DNA from: Desulfobacteraceae bacterium
GTDB lineage: Bacteria > Desulfobacterota > Desulfobulbia > Desulfobulbales > Desulfobulbaceae
NCBI GenBank assembly: GCA_011372855.1
Contig: DSAE01000177.1
Coordinates: 1 to 63,161, forward strand
Length of the DNA stretch: 63,161 nt
Reading direction: 5' to 3'
Below the pieces are notes generated by a model. The model was not told where the DNA came from. It saw nothing but the letters and a program-made list of their open reading frames with translations, and ran no database searches. This document shows, piece by piece, positions 1 through 9,039 of this stretch. Each line of letters starts with the position of its first letter. The first letter of the stretch is position 1. Made by a program: the position numbers and the translations under genes.

Positions 1-290
1 CACCAGGCCAACGGCAAGGCCTACAGACGAGTGCGGATGGAAGCGTGACGTGAACGGGTTTTGCGGGGAAAAGTGGTCCGCCACGTCGGACACTGCTTGA
101 CAAGCCTTCTCATGGAAGGACAGTGAACAGAACACGGCTTTGCGGAGATTTGGCTGTCTTTTGGCGGGCTGTCAGGCTGCGGGATGCGAAAACCAGCTAA
201 TATCTAAACACCGCAACTGGCCACTTGTTCCCATCGGGATTGAATCCGGAACGGAGCGGTACCAGGGGACCATGGTCGCTCGTGTTCCTG

Positions 291-1439
291 TCAGATCGTG
301 GCCAGGGCGATGAGCAGCCGGGTCAGGCCGACCATGTCGCGCAGGTTCACCTGTTCGTCGGTGGAGTGGACGTTGGTCATGCCGGTGGCGATGATGGCCG
401 TCTGCAGGCCATGGCTGTTGAATATGTTGGCGTCGCTGCCGCCCCCGGCAATGGCGTATTGCAGGTCCAGGCCGATGGAGCGGGCCGCTCTGTCGATGTG
501 ACGGATGACGGGATCATTGCCGGAGAGCTTCATGACCGGGAAGTCGGGCTCCACGGTGAATGTCAGGTCGGGCCGGCCGCGGGCCTCCCCCTTTGGGTCA
601 CGCCAGTCCGACACGGTCCTGGCAAAGATGTCCCTGACCTGACCGGTCAGACTTTCCAGCCGGTCCGCGGCATGGCTGCGGATTTCCCCGCGGATGACCA
701 CCTGGTCGGCAACGATGTTGATGGCCTTGCCGCCCTGGATGGTGCCGAAATTGATGGTGCTCAGGTCGTCCACCCGGCCATGTGGCGAACTGCTGACGGC
801 CTGGGCCGCCAGGGTGATGGCGCTGACCCCCCATTCAGGATGCAGGCCGGCATGGGCGGCGACGCCCCGGACAGTAATGTCCAGGCGGTTGGCGGCCGGC
901 GCCCCGGTGATGACCGTGCCGAAACCGGTGCTGTCCAGGGCGTAGCCGATCTGTGACCTGAGAAGGGCGGGGTCGAGAGATTTTGCCCCCAGCAGTCCGA
1001 TTTCCTCGCAGGTCGTCAGGACGATTTCCAGGGGGCGGTGGGCAATACGATTCTCGCGCAGGCAGCGGATCGCCTCGATGACCGCGGCAATGCCCGACTT
1101 GTCGTCACTGCCCAGGACCGTGTCGCCGCTGCTGAAAAACAGATCCCCCTCCCGCCGCACCTTCACGCCCCGGGCCGGTTCCACGGTGTCCATGTGGCAG
1201 TTGAAGAACAGGGGTTCCCGAGTCGGTTCGCCGGGAATGCGGATGACCAGGTTGCCGGTGTCGGAGCCGGTGGCGGCGGCTGAGCCGTCCTCTATGATTT
1301 CAGCGGCGCCGAGGTCGGCAAAGATGTCCTTCAGCAGGGCGGCGACTTCTCCTTCCTGCCGGGAGGGGCTGTCGGTCTCGCAGAGGCGGACGAAGTCCGC
1401 TGCCAGGCGTTCGCCGTTGATGGGGCATTGTTCGGTCAT
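291..1439 (-). CDS. M20 family metallopeptidase (peptidase T / tripeptidase-like)
   Basis: 382-aa ORF with M20-type motifs HMDTVEP, GSDDKSG and CEEIGLLGAK. Its start overlaps the ispDF stop by 4 nt (ATGA). Confidence 0.8.
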   Translation of the reverse strand: MTEQCPINGERLAADFVRLCETDSPSRQEGEVAALLKDIFADLGAAEIIEDGSAAATGSDTGNLVIRIPGEPTREPLFFNCHMDTVEPARGVKVRREGDLFFSSGDTVLGSDDKSGIAAVIEAIRCLRENRIAHRPLEIVLTTCEEIGLLGAKSLDPALLRSQIGYALDSTGFGTVITGAPAANRLDITVRGVAAHAGLHPEWGVSAITLAAQAVSSSPHGRVDDLSTINFGTIQGGKAINIVADQVVIRGEIRSHAADRLESLTGQVRDIFARTVSDWRDPKGEARGRPDLTFTVEPDFPVMKLSGNDPVIRHIDRAARSIGLDLQYAIAGGGSDANIFNSHGLQTAIIATGMTNVHSTDEQVNLRDMVGLTRLLIALATI

Positions 1440-2626
1440 TCGTATTTGCCTTCCTTTTGCGGGCGGTGCAGGAGAACGACCGCATGGGCCGCCACCCCTT
1501 CGCCCCTGCCGGTAAAACCCATCTGTTCCGTTGTGGTGGCTTTTATGTTGACGGCGTCCCGGGAAACGGAGCAGACGGCCGCCAGGTTGTCGCGCATGGA
1601 CTCCATGAAAGGGGCCAGTTTCGGCTGCTGGCAGATGAGGGTCATGTCGGCGTTGATCAATGACATGCCGCGTTTCGCAGCGCTCCCCATCACCTGCCGA
1701 AGCAGCTCGAGGCTGCTGATGTTTCTGTAGCGGCCGTCGGTATCCGGAAAATGCCGGCCGATATCCCCTTGACCCATGGCCCCGAGAAGGGCGTCGATGA
1801 AGGCATGGGTGAGGACATCGGCATCGGAGTGCCCTTCAAGGCCCAGCGGGTAGGGGATGGCTACGCCCCCCAGAATCAGCGGGCGTCCTTCCGTGAACCG
1901 GTGGGCATCGAAACCGTGACCGATGGTATTGATTTTTTTCTCCCGTATCAGTCCCGAGGCCAGTACGAGGTCGTCGGGCCGGGTGATTTTGAAATTCAGT
2001 TCGCTCCCCTCGACAATGGTTACCGGGATGCCGGCGTGTTCCAGCAGCGAAGCTTCATCCGTTCCGGAAAAGCCGTCCCGGTCAGCCAGGTCATAGGCGC
2101 GGCGCAAAAGCCCGATCCTCGCGGCCTGCGGGGTCTGTGCCTGCCAGAGACCCTTCCGGTCCACCGTCCGCTGCACGGCCCGATCCGGTCCCTCCATTTT
2201 CAGGGTATCACGGACAGGGACGGCGGCGATGGCCGCCCCCTGCTGCAGAGCACCCTCCAGGCAACGCTCGATGATGGCGGGCGTGACAAAGGGGCGGGCG
2301 GCGTCATGGACCAGGACGACCTCCGTTTCCGCCGGGAGAGCGGACAGTCCTGCTCGAACCGATTCCTGCCGGGTTGGACCGCCGTCGATGACGATGATCC
2401 GCTGCCGCTCCTTCGGTGAAAAAAAGGCGGCGAGCATGGCCGCGGCGGTCTTCCGGTGATCCCCGGGAACTGTCGCGACGACGATGCCGATCTCCCTGAC
2501 CTCGAGGAAGGGGGTAATGCTCATGATCAGGACAGGTTTTCCGTCAAGGGCGACAAACTGCTTGGGGAGCGCGGAGCCGCAGCGGACCCCGCTCCCGGCA
2601 GCCGGAATGACGGCGGCGGCGATCAT
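1436..2626 (-). CDS. ispDF: Bifunctional 2-C-methyl-D-erythritol 4-phosphate cytidylyltransferase / MEcPP synthase (IspD-IspF fusion)
   Basis: N-terminal half carries the IspD signature (VIPAAGSGVRCG...LPKQF). C-terminal half carries the IspF signature (GHGFDAHRF, GHSDADVLTHA). 396 aa fits the fused form. Confidence 0.93.
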   Translation of the reverse strand: MIAAAVIPAAGSGVRCGSALPKQFVALDGKPVLIMSITPFLEVREIGIVVATVPGDHRKTAAAMLAAFFSPKERQRIIVIDGGPTRQESVRAGLSALPAETEVVLVHDAARPFVTPAIIERCLEGALQQGAAIAAVPVRDTLKMEGPDRAVQRTVDRKGLWQAQTPQAARIGLLRRAYDLADRDGFSGTDEASLLEHAGIPVTIVEGSELNFKITRPDDLVLASGLIREKKINTIGHGFDAHRFTEGRPLILGGVAIPYPLGLEGHSDADVLTHAFIDALLGAMGQGDIGRHFPDTDGRYRNISSLELLRQVMGSAAKRGMSLINADMTLICQQPKLAPFMESMRDNLAAVCSVSRDAVNIKATTTEQMGFTGRGEGVAAHAVVLLHRPQKEGKYE

Positions 2627-2675
2627 CCGGTTATGTTCCGCCCCCCGTACGGCTGGGAGGGCGGGGTGAAAAAAT

Positions 2676-3040
2676 GGGGCGGGCTGTAAGCCGAATTCTG
2701 TTTCCGCATACGCAGACCATGATCATTTATCTGGGATGCCGGTCGCCCGGCATCTCGTGCAACCTACCCGGAAACATCAGGCGGGCAGCCTTCAAGCGTT
2801 TCCCTATTTGGTCTTGCACCCGGTGGGGTTTACCCTGCCTTCCATGTCACCATGGAAGCGGTGAGCTCTTACCTCGCCATTTCAACCTTGCCTGTTTCCG
2901 CCCGGAAGCGGCTCATCGGCGGTGTATTTTCTGTGGCACTTTCCCCCGGTTACCCGGAGTTCGCGTTACGAACCACCGTGCCCTGTGGTGTTCGGACTTT
3001 CCTCCCCGGCCGCGGGCCGGAGCGATCATGCGCCCGCCCC
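2676..3040 (-). ncRNA. rnpB: RNase P RNA, bacterial type A
   Basis: The reverse complement reads GGGGCGGGCGCAUGAUC...GGGGAGGAAAGUCCGAACACCACAGGGC...GGUAAGAGCUCACC...ACAGAAUUCGGCUUACAGCCCGCCCC. It contains the universally conserved GAGGAAAGUCCG and ACAGAAxxCGGCUUA blocks. P1 (GGGGCGGGC/GCCCGCCCC) and P2 (CAUGAUC/GAUCAUG) pairings close the molecule. Confidence 0.9.
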
Positions 3041-3673
3041 AATCTGTTGCTGCCGTCCGTCGATGCCCATGTTGGCCAGTTTGTCGGCCCGGGCGTTTTC
3101 CGAACGGGGAATGTGATGTATGCTCCAGTCGTCCAGGCGGTTCAGCAGGCCTTTGGCCTTGATGAACAACGGCTGGAGCTGGGCGTTTCTGACTTTGTAC
3201 CGGCCGCTGATCTGCCGGACGATCAGCTCGGAATCAAGATGGATGCGCAAGGCACGGCACCCGAAGCGGACGGCGGTTTCCAGACCGGCTATCAGTGCTT
3301 GATATTCCGCGACATTGTTGGTGCACCGGCCCAGATAGATGGCCTCGGCGGCGATTTCCCGTCCGTTTTTGTCGAGCAGGACCAAGCCGGCGCCGGCTTG
3401 GCCGGGATTGCCGCGTGAAGCGCCATCGGCAAACAATATACAGCTCCCGGCGTGGTCTTTCAAGGGGGAAGGCTTCGGTCCACCCCCGGTATCCGGAAAC
3501 GGAGGCGCGCCGGTTGACGTCTGCCGCCCCGCCTTGGGGTGTCCGGACATGGCGCGCAGAGCGTCCCTGATTGATTGCGGTGTTGCGGACGGGAAGAGAT
3601 CCCGCAGCACATCGTCGGAAAGACGGGCGGCCAGGGTCAGAAGGATGGCGGGGTCAGTGGTTTCGTCATGCAT
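3026..3673 (-). CDS. RNase HI-like ribonuclease with an N-terminal Pro/Gly-rich extension
   Basis: The C-terminal ~130 aa match the RNase H fold pattern: FADGASRGNPGQAGAG, NNVAEYQALIAGLE, HLDSELIVRQ and RSENARADKLAN. The start overlaps the stop of the upstream zinc-ribbon gene. Confidence 0.8.
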   Translation of the reverse strand: MHDETTDPAILLTLAARLSDDVLRDLFPSATPQSIRDALRAMSGHPKAGRQTSTGAPPFPDTGGGPKPSPLKDHAGSCILFADGASRGNPGQAGAGLVLLDKNGREIAAEAIYLGRCTNNVAEYQALIAGLETAVRFGCRALRIHLDSELIVRQISGRYKVRNAQLQPLFIKAKGLLNRLDDWSIHHIPRSENARADKLANMGIDGRQQQIGAGA

Positions 3674-4397
3674 CGAGGGACTCGGCTTCTTCTTCCTCCA
3701 GGTAGTACAGTATGCGTTGACAGGTGGGACAGAAGCTCAACTTCTCACCCTTGCGCACTTCGTTCTCCTGTTGGGGGGGAATGGTCATGAAACAGCCCTG
3801 GCAGACGCCGTTTCTGGTCGGGACCACCGCGGTGCCGTTTCGTTTTTCGCGGAGCATGGTGTAGCGCTGCAGGGTGTTCGGCCGCAGGGCCGGGGCCAGG
3901 GCCTCCCTTTTGCCCAGCACGGCAGTTTTCCGGGAGTTGATTTTGTTGACGGCTTTTTTCACTTCCTCTTTTTTGCCGAGCAGCAGCTCTTTTTCTTCGG
4001 CAATCTGTTTTTCCAGTTCAGCGGCATCCTGTCCCAGCTGTTCAACCTGTTCAATGATCTGGAGTATCCTGTCCTCCTGGGTCTTGATCATTTTTTTGTT
4101 TTCCTCGATCTCCTTCAGGAGGGCCTGGTGTTCGCGGCTGGTCTGGACCTGCATCATTTTATTCTGCCTGTCCTTGATGCGGGCGAATGATTCCTCCATG
4201 CCGGTTTTCAGCTCGCGCTGCTGCCGGTCAAGCTGCTCCGTTTCCTCCCGGCACAGGCTGATTTTGTTCTCCCTGTCGGCGATGGATTGTTCCAGGGCGG
4301 TTATTTCCTGCTCCATGGTTTGAATTTCCTGATCAAAACCGTCAATCTCCGAATCGATTGCCTGCAGGTCGATGAGTTTGGTGATTTCTTCGTTCAA
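3666..4397 (-). CDS. Coiled-coil protein with C-terminal C4 zinc ribbon (COG1579-type)
   Basis: Long heptad-rich coiled coil followed by CQGC...CPTC. TTG start lies 8 nt after an AAGGAG Shine-Dalgarno. It is the usual partner gene downstream of Nif3. Confidence 0.75.
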   Translation of the reverse strand: MNEEITKLIDLQAIDSEIDGFDQEIQTMEQEITALEQSIADRENKISLCREETEQLDRQQRELKTGMEESFARIKDRQNKMMQVQTSREHQALLKEIEENKKMIKTQEDRILQIIEQVEQLGQDAAELEKQIAEEKELLLGKKEEVKKAVNKINSRKTAVLGKREALAPALRPNTLQRYTMLREKRNGTAVVPTRNGVCQGCFMTIPPQQENEVRKGEKLSFCPTCQRILYYLEEEEAESLDA

Positions 4398-4581
4398 TGG
4401 TCCACTCCTTTTCAGGTCCGTAAATGTATTTGTGCTGATGCAGGTCGATAAACGGTTTTACCAACGTCGGCCGGTAGCGCTGCCATTCCCGGCCGACCGA
4501 TCAGCGTTTTAACTGGTGGTTGCGCGATCTCACCCGTCCATTGATTGGTCTCCGCGGAAGACGGCATCGCCCGATTCGTCA

Positions 4582-5400
4582 TCAATTGCTCCCATTCAGC
4601 AGGGTGAGGGGGCCGGTCTGCCTCGCCGAGACCCCGACGTGCATTGAGCCGAAACGTGCCGATGCTTCGGCCTGTAATCTCTCCGCGAAATCAAGCAGAG
4701 CGGAATTTTCGGTTGCAAAATGCCCGGCGTCGATGATCCACATGCCCGTCTGCTCCGCCAGCCGGGCGACATGGTGCTTGACTTCGGCGGTGACGAAGAC
4801 CTGGGCGCCGGCCCGCAGAGCGGTGTCGGCAAGTTCCGAACAGGAGCCGCCGCAGACTGCTGCCCGGCTGATCTGTTCAGGCCGGGCCCCGGCCCCGAGA
4901 ATCCAGGGGGGATTGCACGCCGCTTTAAGACGCCGGATAAATTCAGGCGCCGAAATTGGTGCGGGAAAGGTGCCGATCCGGCCGAGACCGCATCCGGCAT
5001 CGCTGTTTTTCTGCCTTGCCAGGGGCGCGGTTTCAGTGAGCCCCAACCGCCGGGCCAGGATTTCACTGACGCCGTGGAGGGCCGAATCAAGATTGGTATG
5101 ACAGCTTATGACATTGATCCGCTGATCGAGGGCCCGGGCGATGAATTTCCCTTCCGGCCGGTCCGGATCGATTGATTTCAGGGGATGGAAGATAACGGGA
5201 TGGTGGGTGATGAGCAGGTTTGCTCCCCGGGCCTCCGCTTCCTCAAGGAGTTCGGTGGTCGGGTCAAGGCCGATCAGGATGGTTGTGACTTTTTCCCCCG
5301 GGCTGCCGATCATGAGCCCTGTGTTGTCCCAGGGTTCGGCCAGCTTTGCCGGGGCCATGGTTTCAATGATTGCGAGAATATCCCGAACGGTTGGTGTCAT
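4582..5400 (-). CDS. Nif3-like dinuclear metal centre protein (GTP cyclohydrolase 1 type 2 family)
   Basis: Nif3 pattern: PWDNTGLMIG, LLITHHP, ISCHTNLD and DAGHFATE. Start placed at the ATG of MTPTVRDIL (5400), not the longer ORF start at 5454. Confidence 0.85.
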   Translation of the reverse strand: MTPTVRDILAIIETMAPAKLAEPWDNTGLMIGSPGEKVTTILIGLDPTTELLEEAEARGANLLITHHPVIFHPLKSIDPDRPEGKFIARALDQRINVISCHTNLDSALHGVSEILARRLGLTETAPLARQKNSDAGCGLGRIGTFPAPISAPEFIRRLKAACNPPWILGAGARPEQISRAAVCGGSCSELADTALRAGAQVFVTAEVKHHVARLAEQTGMWIIDAGHFATENSALLDFAERLQAEASARFGSMHVGVSARQTGPLTLLNGSN

Positions 5401-5588
5401 TAATCCTGCGTGAAAACAAAAAGAGGTACGTTCGCAGGGAAGTACCTCTTGCAACTGACGTGTTGTCGGTTATGTCGTCTTGACAAAATGCGTTTTCGGA
5501 AGCGGTTGTTGTGCTCAATCGTCCGGGTTGGGCCGGTATCGGCAACGGGGACAAGGAGCGGTTATTTCCCATTTCGCCTTCATGGCTG

Positions 5589-5665
5589 TGGTGGGCCTAC
5601 CTGGACTCGAACCAGGGACCGACCGGTTATGAGCCGGTGGCTCTAGCCAACTGAGCTATAGGCCC
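5589..5665 (-). tRNA. tRNA with CAU anticodon (elongator Met, or Ile2 if lysidine-modified), CCA encoded
   Basis: The reverse complement folds as a cloverleaf: GGGCCUA UA GCUC AGUUGGCUA GAGC C ACCGG CUCAUAA CCGGU CGGUC CCUGG UUCGAGU CCAGG UAGGCCC ACCA. It is not an initiator: 1:72 is G-C and there is no GGG/CCC anticodon stem. Confidence 0.9.
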
Positions 5666-5869
5666 ATCTCGTCAGAATAACTTTTTATATTACCATGAAA
5701 AACAGACCGGTCAATATTTTTCTTAACATTTCTCGCCGAGGACCGGGACCAAGGGGATATTTGTCCGATCTTCGCGGAGTTGCTTGGCAGGGAGGAAATC
5801 AGTGACTATGATGTGAGGAACACAATTCGAACCGAAACGGCGACTGATTCAGGGAGTGCTCCTCAGAGA

Positions 5870-7684
5870 ATGATATACAACAACCTGCTCTATTTCCTGG
5901 TGGCGATTTTTGTCCTGTCAACGGACCGGGCGCCGGAAGTTCCGATGATGTCTCCCATGGCGGCCCTGCCCCTGCTGCTCGCCGTGTATGCGGCGTTTTA
6001 CATCCTGAGCGGGACGATTTATTCCCGGGTCCGGGACGACGGGACAAGGGCGTATTTTGCCGCGGAAGGAAAGCTGTCCATCCTGGCTGTCCTGCTTTTC
6101 GTACTGACCCTGCATGGCCTGGATTTGAAATATTATGTCCATCCTCTTTCCCTGGACGGCAGACTGCCGGCCCTGGAGAATATCGGCGGGCTGGCCTTTT
6201 TCTTTGTGTTCCTCATCCTCATGTGGATACGGGCCAGGGTACCTTATCAGGCAATATTTCCGCGCACCCACACCGCCCTGTCCTTTATTGTCGCCAATAT
6301 CCGGGTCAATCTGCCCATTATCCTGCCCTGGATGGCGCTGTCCCTTCTCTTTGACCTGCTGGCGCTCCTCAGAATTCCCGGCCTGCAGGGAGTCATGTCC
6401 TCACCATGGGGCGACCTGTTTCTTTTCCTGGTCTTTATTGTTTTCCTTCTCATCTTTTTCCCCCCGCTGGTCTGCGCGCTCTGGGGCTGCCGGCCGCTGC
6501 CCCCCGGACCCCTGCGGGCAAGGATGGAATCCTTCTGCCGCCGGCAGGGCTTCACGGCTGATATCCTCATCTGGCCCCTGTTCGAAGGTCAGGTCGTCAC
6601 CGCGGGGGTCATGGGCATTGTTCCGCGTCTGCGCTATCTGCTGGTTACCCCCGCCCTGCTGCAGGCGATGGACTGGGAGGAGCTGGAAGCGGTCCTGGCC
6701 CATGAAATCGGTCACGTCAAGAAGAGACACCTGCCCCTGTATATCTTTCTGTTTCTGGGTTTCAGCCTGCTCGCAGGAATGGCGGTGGAGCCGATGCCGT
6801 ACCTGATCCTCGGCTCCGAGTTGTATTACCGGCTTCTCGAACGGCTGGCCATGTCGCCGGAAGCCCTCCTTGCCGCATTGGTCACTGTGCCCCTGCTGCT
6901 GCTCATGGTTTTCTATTTCCGCTACCTGTTCGGCTACTTTATCAGGAATTTCGAACGACAGGCGGACCTGTACGTGTTTCAGGCCCTGGGAAAAAGCGGA
7001 GCGCTGATCAGTTCCTTCGAGAAGATCGCCCAATTGGGCGGCAAAATACGTGATCAGAAAAGCTGGCACCATTTCGGTCTCGGGGAGCGGATCGATTTCC
7101 TGGAAAAGTGCGAGCGGGACAGGGGGCTGGTCCGCAAACATGATAGAAAGGTGTATCTCAGCCTGGCGGTGTATTTCCTTTTCATTTCGGTCAGTGGAGG
7201 GATTCTGGGCGCCACGGATTATGACAGGCTGGACGACGAGAACGAGATCCGCTATATCGAGGCCGTGCTTGAACACAAACTGCGCAAGGATCCGGAAAAC
7301 GGGCTGCTTTTTCTGCTGCTGGGCGACCTGCTGCAGGAAAAGAAGATGGAAAGCAGGGCCGTGGCCGCCTATGAGCGGGCCCTGGATCTCAATCCGATGA
7401 ATCCCGACGTTCATAATAATCTCGCCTGGCTGCTGGTGACGGCACGGGACGCATCGCTGCATGATCCGGTCAGATCCCTGCAGTTGGCCCGGCGGGCAGC
7501 GCAGATCAAGGAGGCCGGCTATATCCTGGACACCCTGGCGGCAGCCCTCTGGGCCAACGATCTGATCGATGAGGCGATAGCCGCCGAGGCGCGGGCCATG
7601 GAGATTGATCCGGAAAACAAACGGTATTATCTCCAGCAGATGAAAAAGATACGGAGTCAACCCTGGGGCCGGCCGGAATCCTGA
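5870..7684 (+). CDS. M48 family zinc metalloprotease, polytopic membrane protein with C-terminal TPR repeats
   Basis: HEIGHVKKRH zinc motif after several hydrophobic segments, with TPR-like repeats in the last ~130 aa. Start placed at the first ATG (5870); the track ORF begins at TTG 5780. Confidence 0.8.
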   Translation: MIYNNLLYFLVAIFVLSTDRAPEVPMMSPMAALPLLLAVYAAFYILSGTIYSRVRDDGTRAYFAAEGKLSILAVLLFVLTLHGLDLKYYVHPLSLDGRLPALENIGGLAFFFVFLILMWIRARVPYQAIFPRTHTALSFIVANIRVNLPIILPWMALSLLFDLLALLRIPGLQGVMSSPWGDLFLFLVFIVFLLIFFPPLVCALWGCRPLPPGPLRARMESFCRRQGFTADILIWPLFEGQVVTAGVMGIVPRLRYLLVTPALLQAMDWEELEAVLAHEIGHVKKRHLPLYIFLFLGFSLLAGMAVEPMPYLILGSELYYRLLERLAMSPEALLAALVTVPLLLLMVFYFRYLFGYFIRNFERQADLYVFQALGKSGALISSFEKIAQLGGKIRDQKSWHHFGLGERIDFLEKCERDRGLVRKHDRKVYLSLAVYFLFISVSGGILGATDYDRLDDENEIRYIEAVLEHKLRKDPENGLLFLLLGDLLQEKKMESRAVAAYERALDLNPMNPDVHNNLAWLLVTARDASLHDPVRSLQLARRAAQIKEAGYILDTLAAALWANDLIDEAIAAEARAMEIDPENKRYYLQQMKKIRSQPWGRPES

Positions 7685-7699
7685 GGCCATGGGGCCAGG

Positions 7700-8578
7700 T
7701 CATGCGGCCGGGGCGGTCTTCTCCAGGCCGCCGGAGTCTGCATCCCGGGCCTCGGTCCAGGACCTGGGGCCAAGCTCCGCCATCAGTTCGGTGTTTTTGC
7801 AGTTCAGGATGACCGCGTCCACCCCGGCAGCCGTCAGCAGGGACAGCATGCCCGCCCCGGTCCGGCCGCCTTTCTGTACCCCTGCCTCCCGGGCACCTGC
7901 TCCCAGGGCGGCAATGGTTCTGACGCCGGTGTCGAGTCCCTTGATCAGGCTGATGCTTTCCGCCGTCGAACCGATATCGGGCAGCCCACGGCTGACATGC
8001 CAGGCAAAGGGGTCCGGGCGGCAGGCAAGGACCGGATCAAGATAGAGCCGGGAGAACGGCAGTCTGACCCGGTACGCCAGGTCGAGGACCTCCGCGGCCA
8101 GCAGCAGCCGGTCGTCGACTCCCCGGGGAGTGAGGCCGGGCCTGACCAGGAGCACCGCCAGGCCTGTTCCGTACTGTTCAGCGATCCGCATGGAAAGGGA
8201 GAGCGAGGCCGGATCGGCGGTTACGGCGTTGACAACGATCCGGTGGCCCAACGAGCGCAGGATGGCCGGATGGTCAAGGATGTTGGCGGAGACGAAGAGC
8301 GGGACATCGGTCCATTCAGCCAGCGAGGCAATGACCCAGGGCGTCAGTTCCCTCATTGTCCTTCCCGTCCCGAGGTTGACCGCCAGGGCCTGGGCGCCCG
8401 TGCGCAGGTGATGCAGGGCGAGCCGGCGGAGCATGGCGCCGTCCCGGCCGGTGACGGCTTCGTAGGCCAGCCGGTGGAGGACATGCAGGCCCTCGGCCAC
8501 CAGCAGAGGTTTCCGCTTCATGTCAATTGCGGGCTGGTCGAGGTTGATGGGCTCCACTGTGTGATTTTTCCCGGTCAT
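7700..8578 (-). CDS. Divergent pterin-binding domain protein (methyltetrahydrofolate:corrinoid methyltransferase / DHPS-like TIM barrel)
   Basis: The 292-aa version starts at MTGKNHT, preceded by AAAGGAGAAAAAG. The block pattern ALAVNLG, VPLFVSANILDHPAIL, RIVVNAVT, YGTGLAVLLV and LYLDPVL mirrors MeTr/AcsE-type pterin-binding barrels, but several canonical residues are substituted. Confidence 0.65.
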   Translation of the reverse strand: MTGKNHTVEPINLDQPAIDMKRKPLLVAEGLHVLHRLAYEAVTGRDGAMLRRLALHHLRTGAQALAVNLGTGRTMRELTPWVIASLAEWTDVPLFVSANILDHPAILRSLGHRIVVNAVTADPASLSLSMRIAEQYGTGLAVLLVRPGLTPRGVDDRLLLAAEVLDLAYRVRLPFSRLYLDPVLACRPDPFAWHVSRGLPDIGSTAESISLIKGLDTGVRTIAALGAGAREAGVQKGGRTGAGMLSLLTAAGVDAVILNCKNTELMAELGPRSWTEARDADSGGLEKTAPAA

Positions 8579-8620
8579 CTTTTTCTCCTTTGACGATGAA
8601 TGAAAAGGATTGGCCCGGGC

Positions 8621-8655
8621 AAAAAAAAACCCGGACCGACGGCGGTCGATCCGGG
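8621..8655 (-). terminator. Intrinsic terminator (riboswitch expression platform)
   Basis: Minus strand reads CCCGGAUCGAC-CGCC-GUCGGUCCGGG (11-bp stem) followed by U9. It lies about 40 nt upstream of the pterin-binding gene start. Confidence 0.7.
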
Positions 8656-8711
8656 ATGTCCCTTTTTTATCCACAGATACACCATGGCTTTCCCTGGTCC
8701 GCGAGGAAATC

Positions 8712-8900
8712 CAACAGGCAACAAGGCAGGTCTTCTGACTTTCCCGATCAATCAGCGGCCTTCCCGTCTCCCGGCGCGGGCCGGTCACAGACAGTGGCAT
8801 CGGTGCTGACGATCTTTTCCCGACAGGGGGGATCACAGCGGCGGGCCCGTCCCTGATTTGCACAGGGTTCCCTTTTCATCCGCGCAGGCGGAACCTTATT
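8712..8900 (-). promoter_or_regulatory. Cobalamin (B12) riboswitch
   Basis: Minus strand contains GGUUCC...AAAGGGAACCCUGUGCAAAUCAGGGACGGGCCCGCCGCUGU...CCACUG...GGGAAGGCC...AGUCAGAAGACCUGCC. These are the conserved core, the GGGAAGGC element and the B12 box of the cobalamin riboswitch class. Confidence 0.85.
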
Positions 8901-8907
8901 GGCTCCG

Positions 8908-8936
8908 ATCTTACCGGCAAAAGGGAGGCCTGTCAA
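8908..8936 (-). promoter_or_regulatory. Sigma-70-type promoter for the riboswitch leader
   Basis: Minus strand has TTGACA, a 17-nt spacer, then TAAGAT, immediately upstream of the riboswitch. Confidence 0.5.
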
Positions 8937-9039
8937 GATATTTGCCCCCCTGAGGCACCATATATTGTATGCGGGTGAGGCGGCGATTCCATATCCGGTA
9001 TGCCACGGGACGGGAACCGGGCAGCCGAGGGAGTCTTGA

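Noticed and set aside
1-48. Possible 3' end of a plus-strand gene (…HQANGKAYRRVRMEA*)
   Set aside because: Only 15 codons are visible, so the family cannot be supported. The rest of 49-290 showed no convincing RNA or ORF.
230-275. tRNA-like T-arm resemblance (GGGATTGAATCCGG)
   Set aside because: The flanking bases do not form a T-stem or an acceptor stem, so no cloverleaf can be drawn.
225-956. 243-aa plus-strand ORF
   Set aside because: It is antisense to the M20 peptidase gene, which carries the family metal-binding motifs.
2674-3418. ORFs of 162 and 188 aa on the plus strand (2674-3162, 2852-3418)
   Set aside because: They lie over RNase P RNA and antisense to the RNase H gene. The region is explained by rnpB.
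6401-7690. 429-aa minus-strand ORF inside the M48 protease gene
   Set aside because: Antisense shadow ORF. The plus frame carries HEIGH and membrane/TPR architecture.
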